From Polyangia bacterium (GTDB taxonomy: Bacteria; Myxococcota_A; Polyangia; JAAYKL01): a stretch of DNA of 59,909 nucleotides. The position numbers were made by a program, and so were the translations under genes. Location: the NCBI GenBank assembly GCA_050304755.1, contig JBNLED010000067.1, positions 1 through 59,909 of the forward strand, given 5' to 3'. The first letter of the stretch is position 1, and every line of letters starts with the position of its first letter. The notes under the pieces were generated by a model that saw only the letters and a program-made list of their open reading frames with translations, searched no databases and had not been told where the DNA came from. Below, piece after piece: positions 26,793 through 37,400 of the stretch.

Positions 26793-28202
26793 TCAGTGGA
26801 TGGGTACTGCGGCGAGGTGATCCGCCCCTTCGACGGGCTCGAGCCGTGCCCTGACGAGCCCGCCGGGCGCGAGGTCCCCAGCCGCGAACGCCACTTTGAC
26901 GAAGGTATCGGTGAGCCCCCGCCACTTCCCGTCCCTCTGCTCCTCGACGATCACCTCCCGTACCTGCCCGCGGTGGGCCGCCCTGAAGGCCGCCGCGGTT
27001 CGCTCCCCCAGCGCTCTGACCGCCCGGTTCCGCTCTCGGACCGCCGTCTTCGAGGGCCTCCCCGCGAGCTTCGCGGCGGCGGTGCGGGGTCTCGGAGAGT
27101 AGGAGAAGGCGTGGACGTACGCGGGGTTGAGGGCCTCGAGGGTCGCCATCGTGTTTCGAAAGGCCGCCTCGTCCTCCCCGGGGAATCCGAGGAGCATGTC
27201 GGTGCCGATGGCGATGTCCGGAACGGCGCGTCTCAGGGCGTCGACGGTGGCCAGGTACTCCCCGGCGGTGTAGCCCCGCCGCATGGTCGCGAGGATACCA
27301 TCATCACCGCTTTGGAGGGGCAGGTGGAGATGGGGACAGACCCGGTCGTGCTCCCGGACCACCTCGATGAGGGCCGCGTCCACGGACCAGGGCTCGATGG
27401 AGCTCAGCCGGATGCGCCCCGGGGCGATCCGATCCGCCGCCTCGGCGACGAGCGCCGCCAGGCTCGGGCGGCCTGAAAGATCCTTGCCCCACGCGCCGAG
27501 CTGAACCCCGGTGATCACCACCTCTCCCACGCCCCGTTCCACGAGCCGATCGATCTCCTCGAGTACCTCCGCCACGGGCGTGGACCGCTCCCGCCCCCGC
27601 GCCCGCGGCACGATGCAGTAGGCGCATCCGTGGCTGCACCCGTGCTGAATTTTTAAAAGGGCGCGGGTCCTGCCGCCCAGGGGTTCGAGGGCGTCGAGCG
27701 ATCCGGGGCGCGGTGATGCGCCGGCGATGTCGTGGATCCAGTCCGCCAGGGCGCGGGGATCCGCTTCGAGGCCCCCGCGGGTTTCGATCCGCTCGTCGAT
27801 CCCCTGCCCGAAGCCCTCCACCGCGTTTACGGCGCACCCCACGAATACGACGCGGGCGTCGGGCGCGCGTCGGAGGACTCGGCGGGCCTGTTTCCGGCAA
27901 TCCCGCTCTGCTTCGGCGGTGACGCAACAGGTATTGATGATGACAACATCGACTTCATCGGTAGTATCGGAGATTGTGACGATATCACGGTCCAGGTACC
28001 GCACCAGGGCGCCGCTGTCCGCCTGGTTGGCCCGGCACCCCACCGTAGTGATGGCCACCCTGAGGGGATTTCGATTACCGCTTTCAATCACTTTATACCT
28101 CTCGGTCCACCGAGCCCGGCAAGAGATAGCAGAACTCGGTCCCCGCAACAATGCCTCCCTCCCGAAGCCCTTCAACGTATACGAGCTCAGCCGGACGATC
28201 AA
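26793..28202 (-). CDS. MiaB-family radical-SAM methylthiotransferase (MtaB/RimO-like) with a C-terminal TRAM domain.
   Basis: The N-terminal MTTase domain has VAITTVGCRANQADSGAL. The radical-SAM motif is CSHGCAYCIVP. A C-terminal TRAM-like beta domain is present. The track ORF starts at a TTG and the true start is probably about 30 codons downstream. Confidence 0.8.
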   Translation of the reverse strand: MIVRLSSYTLKGFGREALLRGPSSAISCRARWTERYKVIESGNRNPLRVAITTVGCRANQADSGALVRYLDRDIVTISDTTDEVDVVIINTCCVTAEAERDCRKQARRVLRRAPDARVVFVGCAVNAVEGFGQGIDERIETRGGLEADPRALADWIHDIAGASPRPGSLDALEPLGGRTRALLKIQHGCSHGCAYCIVPRARGRERSTPVAEVLEEIDRLVERGVGEVVITGVQLGAWGKDLSGRPSLAALVAEAADRIAPGRIRLSSIEPWSVDAALIEVVREHDRVCPHLHLPLQSGDDGILATMRRGYTAGEYLATVDALRRAVPDIAIGTDMLLGFPGEDEAAFRNTMATLEALNPAYVHAFSYSPRPRTAAAKLAGRPSKTAVRERNRAVRALGERTAAAFRAAHRGQVREVIVEEQRDGKWRGLTDTFVKVAFAAGDLAPGGLVRARLEPVEGADHLAAVPIH

Positions 28203-28277
28203 TCGGGTGGGGGCGACCTCCTCCGGAGAGGGAGAGGCGCTCCTCCATTAATGTCACTCAGTCCCTGTTTCTGGGGG

Positions 28278-28655
28278 CTATTTCTTTGCGCTGGTTCGGC
28301 GGTGATCGACGAACCGCTTCATGTCCCCGAGGCCGCCGCCGTTCTTTACGCTGGTGAAGCCGTTCGCCAGGAGGATCTGCTTGGCGACGGCGGAGCGGCT
28401 TCCGGAGCGGCAGTAGACGATGATTTCCTTTTTGGCGTCCAGTTGGTGTAGCCGGCGTTCCAGGTCCCCCACCGGGATGTTGACCGCGCCGGGGAAGTGC
28501 CAGGCGGCGAATTCCCTCGGCGTGCGGACATCGATGACCTGGCTCGAAGCCGGAACGGATTGTACCTCGGAGGCCGAACCGCATCCCGCGACCGCGGTGA
28601 TGAGAGCGACCGCTGCGAGGGTCAGGGGGATCTTGAATGGCGTTAGGGTCCGCAT
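28278..28655 (-). CDS. Single-domain rhodanese lipoprotein.
   Basis: The start MRTLTPFKIPLTLAAVALITAVAGC has a lipobox; the track ORF is over-extended upstream. The rhodanese motif is IDVRTPREFAAWHFPGAVNIP...IIVYCRSGSRSAVAK with an active-site Cys. Confidence 0.7.
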   Translation of the reverse strand: MRTLTPFKIPLTLAAVALITAVAGCGSASEVQSVPASSQVIDVRTPREFAAWHFPGAVNIPVGDLERRLHQLDAKKEIIVYCRSGSRSAVAKQILLANGFTSVKNGGGLGDMKRFVDHRRTSAKK

Positions 28656-28672
28656 GGGGGGGCTCCGGCGGT

Positions 28673-29005
28673 TCAGTTGATCTCTTTTTCGAGCATCGCC
28701 GAGAAGTCGCCCTTGGGCCGCGCGCCGATCACGACGTCCTTCACCTCGCCGCCGCTGAACAGCGCCACCGTGGGGATGGAGCGGATTCCCATGGCCGAGG
28801 CCACCTGTCGCTCGTTGTCCACGTTCACCTTGACCACCTTGGCCTTGCCGGCGTACTCGACCGCCAGCTCCTCCAGCACCGGACCCACCATGCGGCACGG
28901 TCCACACCAGGGGGCCCAGAAGTCCACCAACACGGGCACTTCACTCTTACCCACCACCTCGTCAAAGTTCGAATCGGTTCCTTCTACGATGTTATTGGCT
29001 GCCAT
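28673..29005 (-). CDS. trxA: Thioredoxin.
   Basis: The [11 protein letters not shown] active site is present. An AAGGAG SD precedes the ATG at 29005. Length is 110 aa. Confidence 0.85.
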   Translation of the reverse strand: MAANNIVEGTDSNFDEVVGKSEVPVLVDFWAPWCGPCRMVGPVLEELAVEYAGKAKVVKVNVDNERQVASAMGIRSIPTVALFSGGEVKDVVIGARPKGDFSAMLEKEIN

Positions 29006-29084
29006 ATCACTTCTCCTTTTTGGGGGCGCTGTTGCCGTTTCGTAAGGAGGAGCCACTAAGGTCGGGAAGGGTGTCGTAAAAAAG

Positions 29085-29522
29085 TCAGGCGCCGCGTTTC
29101 TCGATAAAGATGACCCGGTTCTCGTCGAGCTCCCGGTTGAGCTGCTGGCGGGCTCGGTCGACGGCCTCCAGATCGTTTCCCTGGAGGGCCTCGTGGTAGG
29201 TGACCAGGAAGGGCAGGTCGTCCAGAATCTCCTCGAACAGGGTTGCCTTGTCGGGGACGACCTTCGCGCGGGGGACGAGCTCGCAGTCCACGGTGCTGGC
29301 CAGTATCCTGAGGGCCGACATGGCGATCTCCTTGCCCCCGTTTTCCACCAGCGCCTTGAGGAGCTGCTCCAGCCGGTCGATGGGGTTCCGCTTGGGATCC
29401 GCGGAGAAGTCGGGATCCTGGGCCCAATAGTCGATCATCCGCGAGCTCCGGTTGCCGTAGATGGGATAGATGGCCTTCTTCAGGATCTTCCGGGCCCGTT
29501 CGTAGACTTCCCAGCTCCTCAT
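29085..29522 (-). CDS. Hypothetical cytoplasmic protein (145 aa), last recognisable gene of the pspA-containing operon.
   Basis: It starts 5 nt after the pspA stop on the same strand. It looks alpha-helical with no known motif. Confidence 0.5.
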   Translation of the reverse strand: MRSWEVYERARKILKKAIYPIYGNRSSRMIDYWAQDPDFSADPKRNPIDRLEQLLKALVENGGKEIAMSALRILASTVDCELVPRAKVVPDKATLFEEILDDLPFLVTYHEALQGNDLEAVDRARQQLNRELDENRVIFIEKRGA

Positions 29523-29527
29523 GGGCG

Positions 29528-30217
29528 TTACTGGCCTTCTCCGCCGGCCAGCTCCGCCTTCAGCGCCTCCAGCTCTGCGTCCGCGTCCGTCATGTCGAGC
29601 TTCTCGAACGCCTTCTGGAGCTCCACATCCTCGGTGTCTGCCATGTCGTCATAGGCCTTGGCGAGGGCCTCCTCCCGCGCCACGGTGTCCTCGAACCGCT
29701 GCAGGGACTGGAAGGCGTTGTCCCCCTCGGAGACCCCGGCGAGGGCCTTGGCCACCTTCTTCTGGGCGTTGGCGGCGTTCTTCCGGGCGATGAGGGTGGC
29801 GGAGGTGCGCCTGGCCTCGGCGATCTTGTTGCGCAGCATGTCCACCTGGGATTTCAGCTTGGCCCGGACCGCGTCCGCGTCCGCCACCCCCTTCTCCATG
29901 GACTGGGCCAGGCGATCGCACTCCCCCTTCTTGGCCAGCGCCTTCTTGGCCAGCGCTTCGTTTCCGGCCTCGAGGGCCTTCACCGCCTTCTGTTTCCAGT
30001 CCGCGGCGGCGTCCTTGTTCTTCTCGTACTCGGCCACCAGGCGGTTGTGGTTGCTCATCGCCTCGGCGGAGGCCTTGATCACATTGTTCAGCTCGGTCTC
30101 CATGTCCCGGATGGTCTGCTTCAGTGTCGTCTCAAAGGTTGCGTCTTCCAAAACATCCATCCCCTGGTGGGCCTTGCCCTTGAAAACCCGTGACAAACGG
30201 TTGAAAAGTCCTGACAT
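29528..30217 (-). CDS. pspA: PspA/IM30/Vipp1-family membrane-stress protein (phage shock protein A).
   Basis: The N-terminal amphipathic helix MSGLFNRLSRVFKGKA is followed by a long coiled coil with the typical PspA heptads, ending (D/E)...ELEALKAEL. Confidence 0.85.
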   Translation of the reverse strand: MSGLFNRLSRVFKGKAHQGMDVLEDATFETTLKQTIRDMETELNNVIKASAEAMSNHNRLVAEYEKNKDAAADWKQKAVKALEAGNEALAKKALAKKGECDRLAQSMEKGVADADAVRAKLKSQVDMLRNKIAEARRTSATLIARKNAANAQKKVAKALAGVSEGDNAFQSLQRFEDTVAREEALAKAYDDMADTEDVELQKAFEKLDMTDADAELEALKAELAGGEGQ

Positions 30218-30266
30218 TTTTCGTCTCCTTCTTTATCGCGCCCGAACCGGCCGGGCGCTCTCACGC

Positions 30267-30686
30267 CTACTTCTCCAGCAGGTCCTTTGCCATTACGGTG
30301 TCCACCAGCAGGAAGTTCAGGCACGAGAGGATGTCGTCCCGATCATCATCCCCCATCTCCTGGAGCTTACAGAAGTTGTTCAGCGTGATGGCGACCTTGT
30401 CCTCCCCGAGGGGATACAGCTTGAACGCCGAGGTGGAGATGCCGTTATCCGACATCAACATGGCCTGCATCTGATCGGGGGTGATCTCGGATGACTTCAC
30501 CACCTTGCAGGACACGGTGTTGAAGAGCACGTCGTTTTCGAGCACCGATGTGATCAGGACGCTGCTCTCGAGATCGCGAATCTGAAGCGATGAGTCGTCT
30601 GATCCGACGATCTCGTAACCCGCTTCCACCAGCAGGGCGCGGACCTCGTCGATGCCGATTTCCACGCTCTCTTGTCGATTACTCAT
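30267..30686 (-). CDS. YbjN-like (putative sensory transduction / T3SS-chaperone fold) protein, first gene of the pspA operon (weak family call).
   Basis: It is 139 aa and acidic. The alpha/beta pattern resembles E. coli YbjN (DVLF...V..KV; AFKLY....KVAITLNNFC). Confidence 0.4.
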   Translation of the reverse strand: MSNRQESVEIGIDEVRALLVEAGYEIVGSDDSSLQIRDLESSVLITSVLENDVLFNTVSCKVVKSSEITPDQMQAMLMSDNGISTSAFKLYPLGEDKVAITLNNFCKLQEMGDDDRDDILSCLNFLLVDTVMAKDLLEK

Positions 30687-30800
30687 TTTCCTTCTCCTTT
30701 TTTACGTTTCACCTATTGTCGCATTCACTCGCTGAACGAAGCGAACCGAAGTCCCTGTCTGATGAGTAGCTCCCATAGAGAAGATACAAGCACCAGGGTT

Positions 30801-30817
30801 GGCAACCTCTGCGCCCA
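30801..30817 (-). promoter_or_regulatory. Candidate sigma-54 (-24/-12) promoter for the YbjN-like / pspA operon.
   Basis: The minus strand reads tGGGcgcagaggTTGCc, with GG and GC spaced 10 nt apart, about 115-130 bp upstream of the YbjN-like ATG. The plus strand also reads TGGCA-N..-GCGC, so orientation is ambiguous. GG-N10-GC occurs by chance in high-GC DNA. Confidence 0.2.
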
Positions 30818-30938
30818 CGTCCTGCTCTCAAGATAAAGCTATTCGGAATAACAGGCAATTTCTAAAACCCCGAGATTTGAACTTCGGATCGGAGTGGTGC
30901 GACCAGGTTTCCCCCCTCTCTCAATTCGGCAATCCCCC

Positions 30939-31005
30939 GGTTGCGATCGGGTCTCCCCCCAAGTTGCGATCGGGTCTCCCCTCGGTTGCAATCAGGTCTC
31001 CCCCC
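30939..31005. repeat. Tandem direct repeat A: three copies of about 22 bp (GGTTGCGATCGGGTCTCCCCCC).
   Basis: The copies are at 30939-30960, 30963-30983 and 30984-31005, with one to three substitutions each. They lie in the divergent intergenic region between the pspA operon and nfeD-floT. Confidence 0.85.
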
Positions 31006-31024
31006 TGGGAAATGTGCGCAAAAC

Positions 31025-31113
31025 GCAGGGGGACACCTCGTGAAAAGCAGGGGGACACCTCGTAAAAAGCAGGGGGACACCTCGTAAAACGCAGGGGAAC
31101 ACCTCGTGAAAAC
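31025..31113. repeat. Tandem direct repeat B: four copies of 22 bp (GCAGGGGGACACCTCGTGAAAA).
   Basis: The copies are at 31025-31046, 31047-31068, 31069-31090 and 31091-31113. The core GGGGGACACC is nearly the reverse complement of the repeat-A core GGTCTCCCCCC. Confidence 0.85.
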
Positions 31114-31379
31114 GCGATTTTGCCGCCAAAACACTCCCGCACGATTGATGAAGCGCACCTTCGTCCAAACGTCCATCTTCTCCATTCCATCCAATCTCCG
31201 AGCCTCCCCGGCAGAGTTCTATTATGAAAAAATTTGAACTTATCAAACCTCACTTTCCGGGTTACAGTTATCACTGCATTCACCTCGCTGAGCTTGAAAA
31301 ACTCGTGCGTTACCTCTGGCCCTTTGAAGGGGGCCGCCCGGCGCATCGATTGCGGTCCCTGGGAAGGAAGGAGACTTTG

Positions 31380-32156
31380 ATGGAACAGCTCGGATTACTC
31401 GCGGCGGCCATGTTCGCCCCCATTAATCTGGGATACACGATTCTGTTGATTGTCATCCTCATCTACTGGGGCCTCGTCATCATCGGGGCGTTGGGCATCG
31501 ACTCCTTCGACTTCGATCTGGACAGCGATGTGGACGCCAACCTGGATGTGGACGCCAACCTGGATGTGGACGCGGATATGGATGTGCACGCGGACGCGGA
31601 TGTGCACGCGGATGCGGATATGGATGCGGACGCGGACGCTGACGCCCACGCCGACGGAGACGGCGACGCGGATGCCCACCACGGCGGCTTCCTCCACGGG
31701 CTGCTCACTTTCTTCAACCTGGGGGAGGTGCCACTGATGGTGTTCGCCAGCGTCCTCGTGCTGTGTATGTGGGCCATCTCCATGACGGTGAACGTGGTGC
31801 TGAACAACGAGTCTTTTATACTGGGGGTGCCCCTGTTCGCGGGGAATCTGTTCGTGAGCTCCATCGTCGCGAAGTTCCTGACGACCCCCATCAAGCACGT
31901 CTTCCGGGCCCTCGACAAGGCCACGGATATCGAGCCGGGACACGACGTCCTCGGCCAGACCTGTGTCATTTCCACCAGCGAGGCGACCGATAGCTTCGGT
32001 CAGGCGACCATCGAGACGGACGGCGCGCCGCTTATCCTCAACGTGGTGACCTACCGGGGAGAGACTTTAAAAAAAGGCCAGGAGGCCGTGGTGATCGACT
32101 ATATCAAGGACAGACGGGTGTACACCGTAAAAAGCAGATGGGACGAGGAGGAGTAA
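31380..32156 (+). CDS. NfeD / YqiJ-like membrane protein (flotillin partner) with an internal Asp-rich tract and a C-terminal OB-fold.
   Basis: A GGAAGGAAGGAG SD lies 6 nt before the ATG at 31380; the track ORF starts earlier at 31224. Two TM blocks flank a D-x-D-x acidic insert ([22 protein letters not shown]...). The C-terminal soluble beta domain ([36 protein letters not shown]) is typical of NfeD short homologues. The stop abuts the flotillin start. Confidence 0.6.
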   Translation: MEQLGLLAAAMFAPINLGYTILLIVILIYWGLVIIGALGIDSFDFDLDSDVDANLDVDANLDVDADMDVHADADVHADADMDADADADAHADGDGDADAHHGGFLHGLLTFFNLGEVPLMVFASVLVLCMWAISMTVNVVLNNESFILGVPLFAGNLFVSSIVAKFLTTPIKHVFRALDKATDIEPGHDVLGQTCVISTSEATDSFGQATIETDGAPLILNVVTYRGETLKKGQEAVVIDYIKDRRVYTVKSRWDEEE

Positions 32157-32157
32157 G

Positions 32158-34374
32158 ATGTCGGGAATAGTACCTGGAACAATCGTGTTGAGCCCCTTCG
32201 AGGGGCTGGATCCCACAATCATATTCGGAGCGGTGGGGATCATCGGCGCCATCATCCTGTTTGGCCTGCTGTCGATGCTCCTCAAGTGTTACAAAAAGGT
32301 GAACCAGGGCACGGCCCTCATCCGGAACGGCATGGGGGGCACCAAGGTGAGCTTCTCCGGTATGATGGTATTTCCGGTGATCCACAAAATGGAGATGATG
32401 GAGATCTCCGTCAAGCGGGTGGAGATCGACCGGATGGGGCAGAACGGGCTCATCTGCAAAGACAACATGCGGGCGGACGTCAAGGTGGCGTTCTTCGTCC
32501 AGGTCAACAAGACCCCCCACGATGCGCTCAAGGTGGCCCAGGCCCTCGGGTGCGTCCGCGCCTCCGATCCCCAGTCGCTGATAGAGTTCTTCGACGCCAA
32601 GTTCTCCGAGGCCCTCAAGACCGTGGGCAAGCAGTTTGACTTCGTCGAGCTCTACAACAACCGGCAGCGGTTCAAAGAGGAGATCCTCAAGGTCATCGGC
32701 ACGGACCTCAACGGGTACGTCCTGGACGACGCGGCCATCGACTACCTCGAGCAGACCAGCATCAAATACCTCGACCCCAACAACATCCTGGACGCGGACG
32801 GTATCAAGAAGATCACTGATCTCACGGCCAAGCAGGCGGTGCTCGCCAACGACATCGAGCGGGAGAAACAGAAGATCATCAAGAAGCAGGACGTGGAGGC
32901 CAAGGAGACCATCCTCCAGCTCGAGAAGCAGCAGGCCGAGGCCGAGCAGACCCAGGCCAGGGAGATCGCCGAGATCACGGCCCGCCAGACCGCCGAGGCG
33001 ATGAAGGTGCAGCAGGAGGAGCGGCTCAAGGCGGAGAAGGCCCGCATCATGTCGGACGAGGAGATCGCCATCGCCGAGGAGAACCGGCAGCGGCAGATCA
33101 TCGTGGCGGCCAAGAACAAGGAGCGCACCACCGCGGTGGAGACCGAGCGGGTCAAGAAGGACCAGGAGCTGGAGGCCACCGAGCGGGAGCGTACCGTCAC
33201 CCTGGCGCAGATCGAAAAAGAGAAGGCCGTGGAGGTAGAGAAGCGGAACATCCAGGAGGTGATTCGCGAGCGGGTGAACGTGGAGCGGTCCGTGGTGGAG
33301 CAGGAGGAGAAGATCAAGGACACCAAGGAGTTCGCCACCGCGGAGCGATCGAAGAAGGTGGCCATCACATTGGCGGAGGAGCAGGCCGAGCAGGAGAAGA
33401 TCAAGGTCGTCAAGATCGCGGAGGCCTCCAAGGAGGCGGCCGACCTCAGGGCCAAGGAGCAGATCATCATCGCCGAGGGGCAGCGGGCCGCGTCCGAGAA
33501 AGAGGCGGACGCCCGGAAGATCATCGCGGACGCCACGGCCCAGGAGGAGGCGGTCAAGGGCTTCGGCGAGGCCCGGGCGCTGGAGGCCAAGGCCGAGGCG
33601 CAGGAGAAGTACGGCACCGCGGAGGCGGCGGTCATCGAGCGGAAGGCGACGGCCGAGGCCAAGGGGCTCGAGGCCCAAGCCGTGGCGATAGAGAAGCAGG
33701 GGATGGCCGAGGCCAAGGTTATCGAGAGCAAGGGGATCGCGGTGGCCAAGGGGGAGGAGGCCCACGCGGTGGCTGTGGAGAAGCTCGGGACCGCCGAGGC
33801 CAATGTCTCGCAGCGGAAGTTCCACGCCGAGGCCAAGGGCATCGAGGAGAAGGCCGGGGCCATGAAGCTCTTCGACGACGTGGGTAAGGACCACGAGGAG
33901 TTCAAGCTCAGCCTGGAGAAATCCAAGGAGGTCGAGCTCGCCCAGATCAGCATCCAGACCGAGATCGCCAAGGCCCAGGCGGGCATCGTGGGCGAGGCCC
34001 TCAAGCACGCGAAGATCGACATCGTGGGTGGCGAGACGACCTTCTTCGACAAGATCGTCAGCTCCGTCACCGCCGGCAAGTCGGTGGATCGCATCGTGGA
34101 CCACAGCGGGCTGCTCACGGATGTCCGGCTCTCCCTGCTCGGCGACAAGACCCAGTCCCTCGTCCGCAAGCTGAAGGACGCGGTGTCCAAGTCCGGCATC
34201 GACTCCGGGGACCTCAAGAACCTCTCCGTAGCCGCCCTGCTCTCCAAGATGATCATGAAGGCGGACGACGACCGGACCATCTCACTCCTCGGCAAGCTCT
34301 CGGACACCGCCAAGGAGCTCGGCCTCAATCACGAGAACGCCGCGTCGGTCCTCGGGGACACCAAGAAGAAGTAA
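32158..34374 (+). CDS. Flotillin-like SPFH/Band-7 protein (YqiK/FloT-type) with a very long Glu/Ala/Lys-rich coiled-coil region.
   Basis: An N-terminal TM hairpin is followed by the SPFH core NQGTALIRNGMGGTKVSFSGMMVFPVIHKMEMMEISVKRVEI...DVKVAFFVQV. About 400 aa of EA-repeat coiled coil follow. Total length is 738 aa. Confidence 0.85.
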   Translation: MSGIVPGTIVLSPFEGLDPTIIFGAVGIIGAIILFGLLSMLLKCYKKVNQGTALIRNGMGGTKVSFSGMMVFPVIHKMEMMEISVKRVEIDRMGQNGLICKDNMRADVKVAFFVQVNKTPHDALKVAQALGCVRASDPQSLIEFFDAKFSEALKTVGKQFDFVELYNNRQRFKEEILKVIGTDLNGYVLDDAAIDYLEQTSIKYLDPNNILDADGIKKITDLTAKQAVLANDIEREKQKIIKKQDVEAKETILQLEKQQAEAEQTQAREIAEITARQTAEAMKVQQEERLKAEKARIMSDEEIAIAEENRQRQIIVAAKNKERTTAVETERVKKDQELEATERERTVTLAQIEKEKAVEVEKRNIQEVIRERVNVERSVVEQEEKIKDTKEFATAERSKKVAITLAEEQAEQEKIKVVKIAEASKEAADLRAKEQIIIAEGQRAASEKEADARKIIADATAQEEAVKGFGEARALEAKAEAQEKYGTAEAAVIERKATAEAKGLEAQAVAIEKQGMAEAKVIESKGIAVAKGEEAHAVAVEKLGTAEANVSQRKFHAEAKGIEEKAGAMKLFDDVGKDHEEFKLSLEKSKEVELAQISIQTEIAKAQAGIVGEALKHAKIDIVGGETTFFDKIVSSVTAGKSVDRIVDHSGLLTDVRLSLLGDKTQSLVRKLKDAVSKSGIDSGDLKNLSVAALLSKMIMKADDDRTISLLGKLSDTAKELGLNHENAASVLGDTKKK

Positions 34375-34401
34375 CGTCGGAGCGAATCGGAAGGCCTGGA
34401 C

Positions 34402-37400
34402 ATGGCTGAAGCAGAAGCGAAAAGAGAAGAAACTAAGGAGCAGCTCGCCGGCGGCACCTACGAGATCATCCGGAACCGCCTGAACAACCACGCCGAGGCC
34501 CTCCGGGGACGGCTCGACGCGCTCAACCAGGCGCGGAAAGAGGTGTTCGGATCCATCGAGTCCGCGCTCATCGCCCAGGAACGGGTCACCACCGACAACA
34601 ACTGCGTCCCGCGGGATATGGTGTGCATCGGGGAGCAGTTCCTCTTCGGCTACAATGTCCACCTGGGGCTCAAGAGCGAGTTCAAGGTAGGGGACGTGTT
34701 CTCGGTCTACAGCTACGCGGATCACGCCTTCACCAAGACCGAGCTCACCCTCATCAAGGACAAGCAGTTCCAGGAGGACTTCCGGAATCTCTACCATTAC
34801 TACAAGGCGACCTCATTCTCACAGTTCGCCCGCATCGGCACCAGCCTGTTCATGGTCTTTAGGGTGGGCAAGGACACGGATGCTATCAAGACCTTCAAGT
34901 GGGTGGTGAACGAGGACCACACCCTCACCTATGTGGACAACCGCAGCGACCACGAGTACAGGTTCCCGCCCCAGCACGAGTTCGAGTGGCGGCGGGCGAC
35001 CCGCGATCAGCACCGGGGGGGGGAGTTTCCCCACGTCTCCATCGACGACCGCATTTTTGTGGAGACCACCGGCGGGGACCTGACCGTCAAGGTGGAGGAC
35101 AATACGGAAACGGGCGCCGGCATCTACGCGGAGCCGGTGGACGATCCCGACCAGACCCTGGACGACGCGGAGTTCCACTACGCGGTCCTGGGAAACCTGA
35201 TCCTGCTGAAGATCAAGCCCTACCGGGAGGAGGCGTACCGCTACATCGTCTATAACGAGAAGGTTCAGGAGGCGCGGCGCATCGACACCATCAAGGACGC
35301 CTGCGTGCTCCTCCCCGAGGACCACGGCATCATCTTCTCCAACGGCTACTACCTCCAGAACGGCGAGTTCAAGCTCTTCGAGAGCGAGCTCTCGGACATG
35401 CACTTCCGGAAACGGATCTCGTCGCCCAACGGCGAGGATACCCTCTTCGTGTTCTTCAACCGGGAGAGCGGCACCTACATGCTGCTCGCCTACAATATGA
35501 TCGAGCAGACCGTCGCCACCCCCACCGTCTGCAACGGCTACTCCACCTTCGAGAACGGCGAGATGATCTACTTCAAGTCGGACGGGGAGCCCAAGAAGCA
35601 CCACCCCATCCAGATCTGGCAGACGCCCTTCGTGAGCGCCAACTACGAGGCGCCCCAGAAGAGCGATTCGTTCCTCTACAAGCTGGGCAACCGCGACATC
35701 GTGCGGGCCATGGCCGCCTGCCGCGCCGTGCTCAACCTGGTGGGCAAGGAGGAGAGCTACGCCAACGTCTATGTGGACATCTCCCGGGAGGCCAACGACA
35801 TCCTGGATGCCTACTTCTGGCTCGACAAAGAGGAGGCCGAGAACCTGAGGGAGCCCCTCGAGGGGATCCGCCGGGCCGCCGGGAACGCCATCGAGGAGTT
35901 CGAGAAGGTGGTCCGGCTCCGGAAGGACACCGCCGAGCAGGTGGGGGCCGCCTCCGCGGAGATCAAGGAGATCCTGTCCGGCATCGCCACCCGGCGGTTC
36001 GCCGATATCGGCGACTTCGTGGAGCTGCTGGCCCGCCTCCGGACGGTGCGGGGGCGGACCATCGGCCTCAAGGAACTGCGCTACGTGGACCTGGAGGAGG
36101 TGGCGGCGCTGGAGAAGGTGGTCGAGGAGAACACAGCGAGCCTGGCCAATCGGTGCGTGGCGTTCCTGCTCTCCGATGAGGCGCTCGCGCCCTACGAGCA
36201 GAAGGTGGTGAAACTAAAGGCCGCCATCGAGCCGGTCAAGACGGTGAAGGACGCCAAGTCCCTCGAGTCGGAGATCGTCACCTCCGGGGGTGAGCTGGAG
36301 ATGCTCATCGAGATCGTGAGCAACCTCAAGATTGAGGACGCCCGGGATCGCACCAAGATCATCGACGGGATTTCCGAGATCTACGCCACCCTGAATCAGG
36401 CCCGCTCCACCCTGAGCAACCGCATCAAGTTCCTGGCCTCCGCCGAGGGGGAGGCGGAGTTCGGCTCCCAGATCAAGCTGCTGGACCAGGCGGTGATCAA
36501 CTACCTCGACGTGTGCGACACGCCCGAGAAGTGCGACGAGTACCTCACCAAGATAACGGTTCAGGTGGGGGAGCTGGAGGGGCGCTTCTCCGATTTCGAC
36601 CAGTTTATCATAGAGCTCACCGAGAAGCGGGACGAGATCTACAACGCCTTCGAGTCCCGAAAGCTCTCATTGGTAGAGGCGCGGAACAAGAAGACCGACG
36701 CCTATCTCCGGAGCGCCGAGCGGATCCTGTCGGGAATCAATACCCGGGTACAGCAGCTCACCACCGTCGAGGAGATTAACGGCTACTTCGCCTCCGACCT
36801 CATGGTGGACAAGGTCCGGGATATTATCGAGCAGCTCCGGGAGCTGGACGACATCGTCAAGGCGGACGATATCCAGTCGCGGCTCAAGACCCTGATGCAG
36901 GATACCCTCCGTCAGCTTCGGGATCGCAACGAGCTGTTCGTGGCGGGGGAGAACGTCATCAAGTTCGGCGAGCACCACTTCTCGGTGAACACCCAGGACC
37001 TGGCCCTCACCATCGTGGACCGGGAGGACGGGCTCTACCTGCACCTCACCGGCACCAACTTCTTCGAGCGGATCGACGACCCGCGGATCGAGGAGACGAG
37101 GCCGGTGTGGGACCAGCAGCTGGTCTCGGAGAACGAAGAGGTCTACCGCGGCGAGGTCCTGGCCTACGCCATGCTCAAGGCGCTCCGGGGGGATCCCAAG
37201 GCGTTCGAGGACGCGGCATCCCTCAATGAGGAGTCGCTGGTCCCTGAGGTTCGGGAGTTCATGGCGCCCCTCTACGCCGAGGGGTATGTCAAGGGGGTTC
37301 ACGATGTGGACGCGGCCAAGTACCTGGCGGTGCTCCTCCGAATGGAGGCCACCATCGGGCTGCTCCGGTTCCACCCGCGGGCCAGGGCCCTGGCCATGCT

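Noticed and set aside
30939-31113. Possible CRISPR array.
   Set aside because: The repeats are contiguous with no unique spacers, there are two different repeat sequences, and there are no cas genes.
30799-31346. Track ORFs 30799..31065(+), 30862..31194(-), 30921..31346(-) and 30992..31246(-) with internally repeated peptides (e.g. RGVPLLFTRCPPAF).
   Set aside because: They are translations of the 22-bp tandem DNA repeats in the divergent intergenic region. The repeat periodicity, not selection, produces the repeated peptides, and they overlap each other in several frames.
31224-31379. The upstream 52 codons of the NfeD-like ORF ([21 protein letters not shown]...).
   Set aside because: They are AT-rich and have no SD. 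The ATG at 31380 has a strong GGAAGGAAGGAG SD and begins directly with the first TM helix. The extension may be non-coding leader, though an N-terminal extension cannot be excluded.
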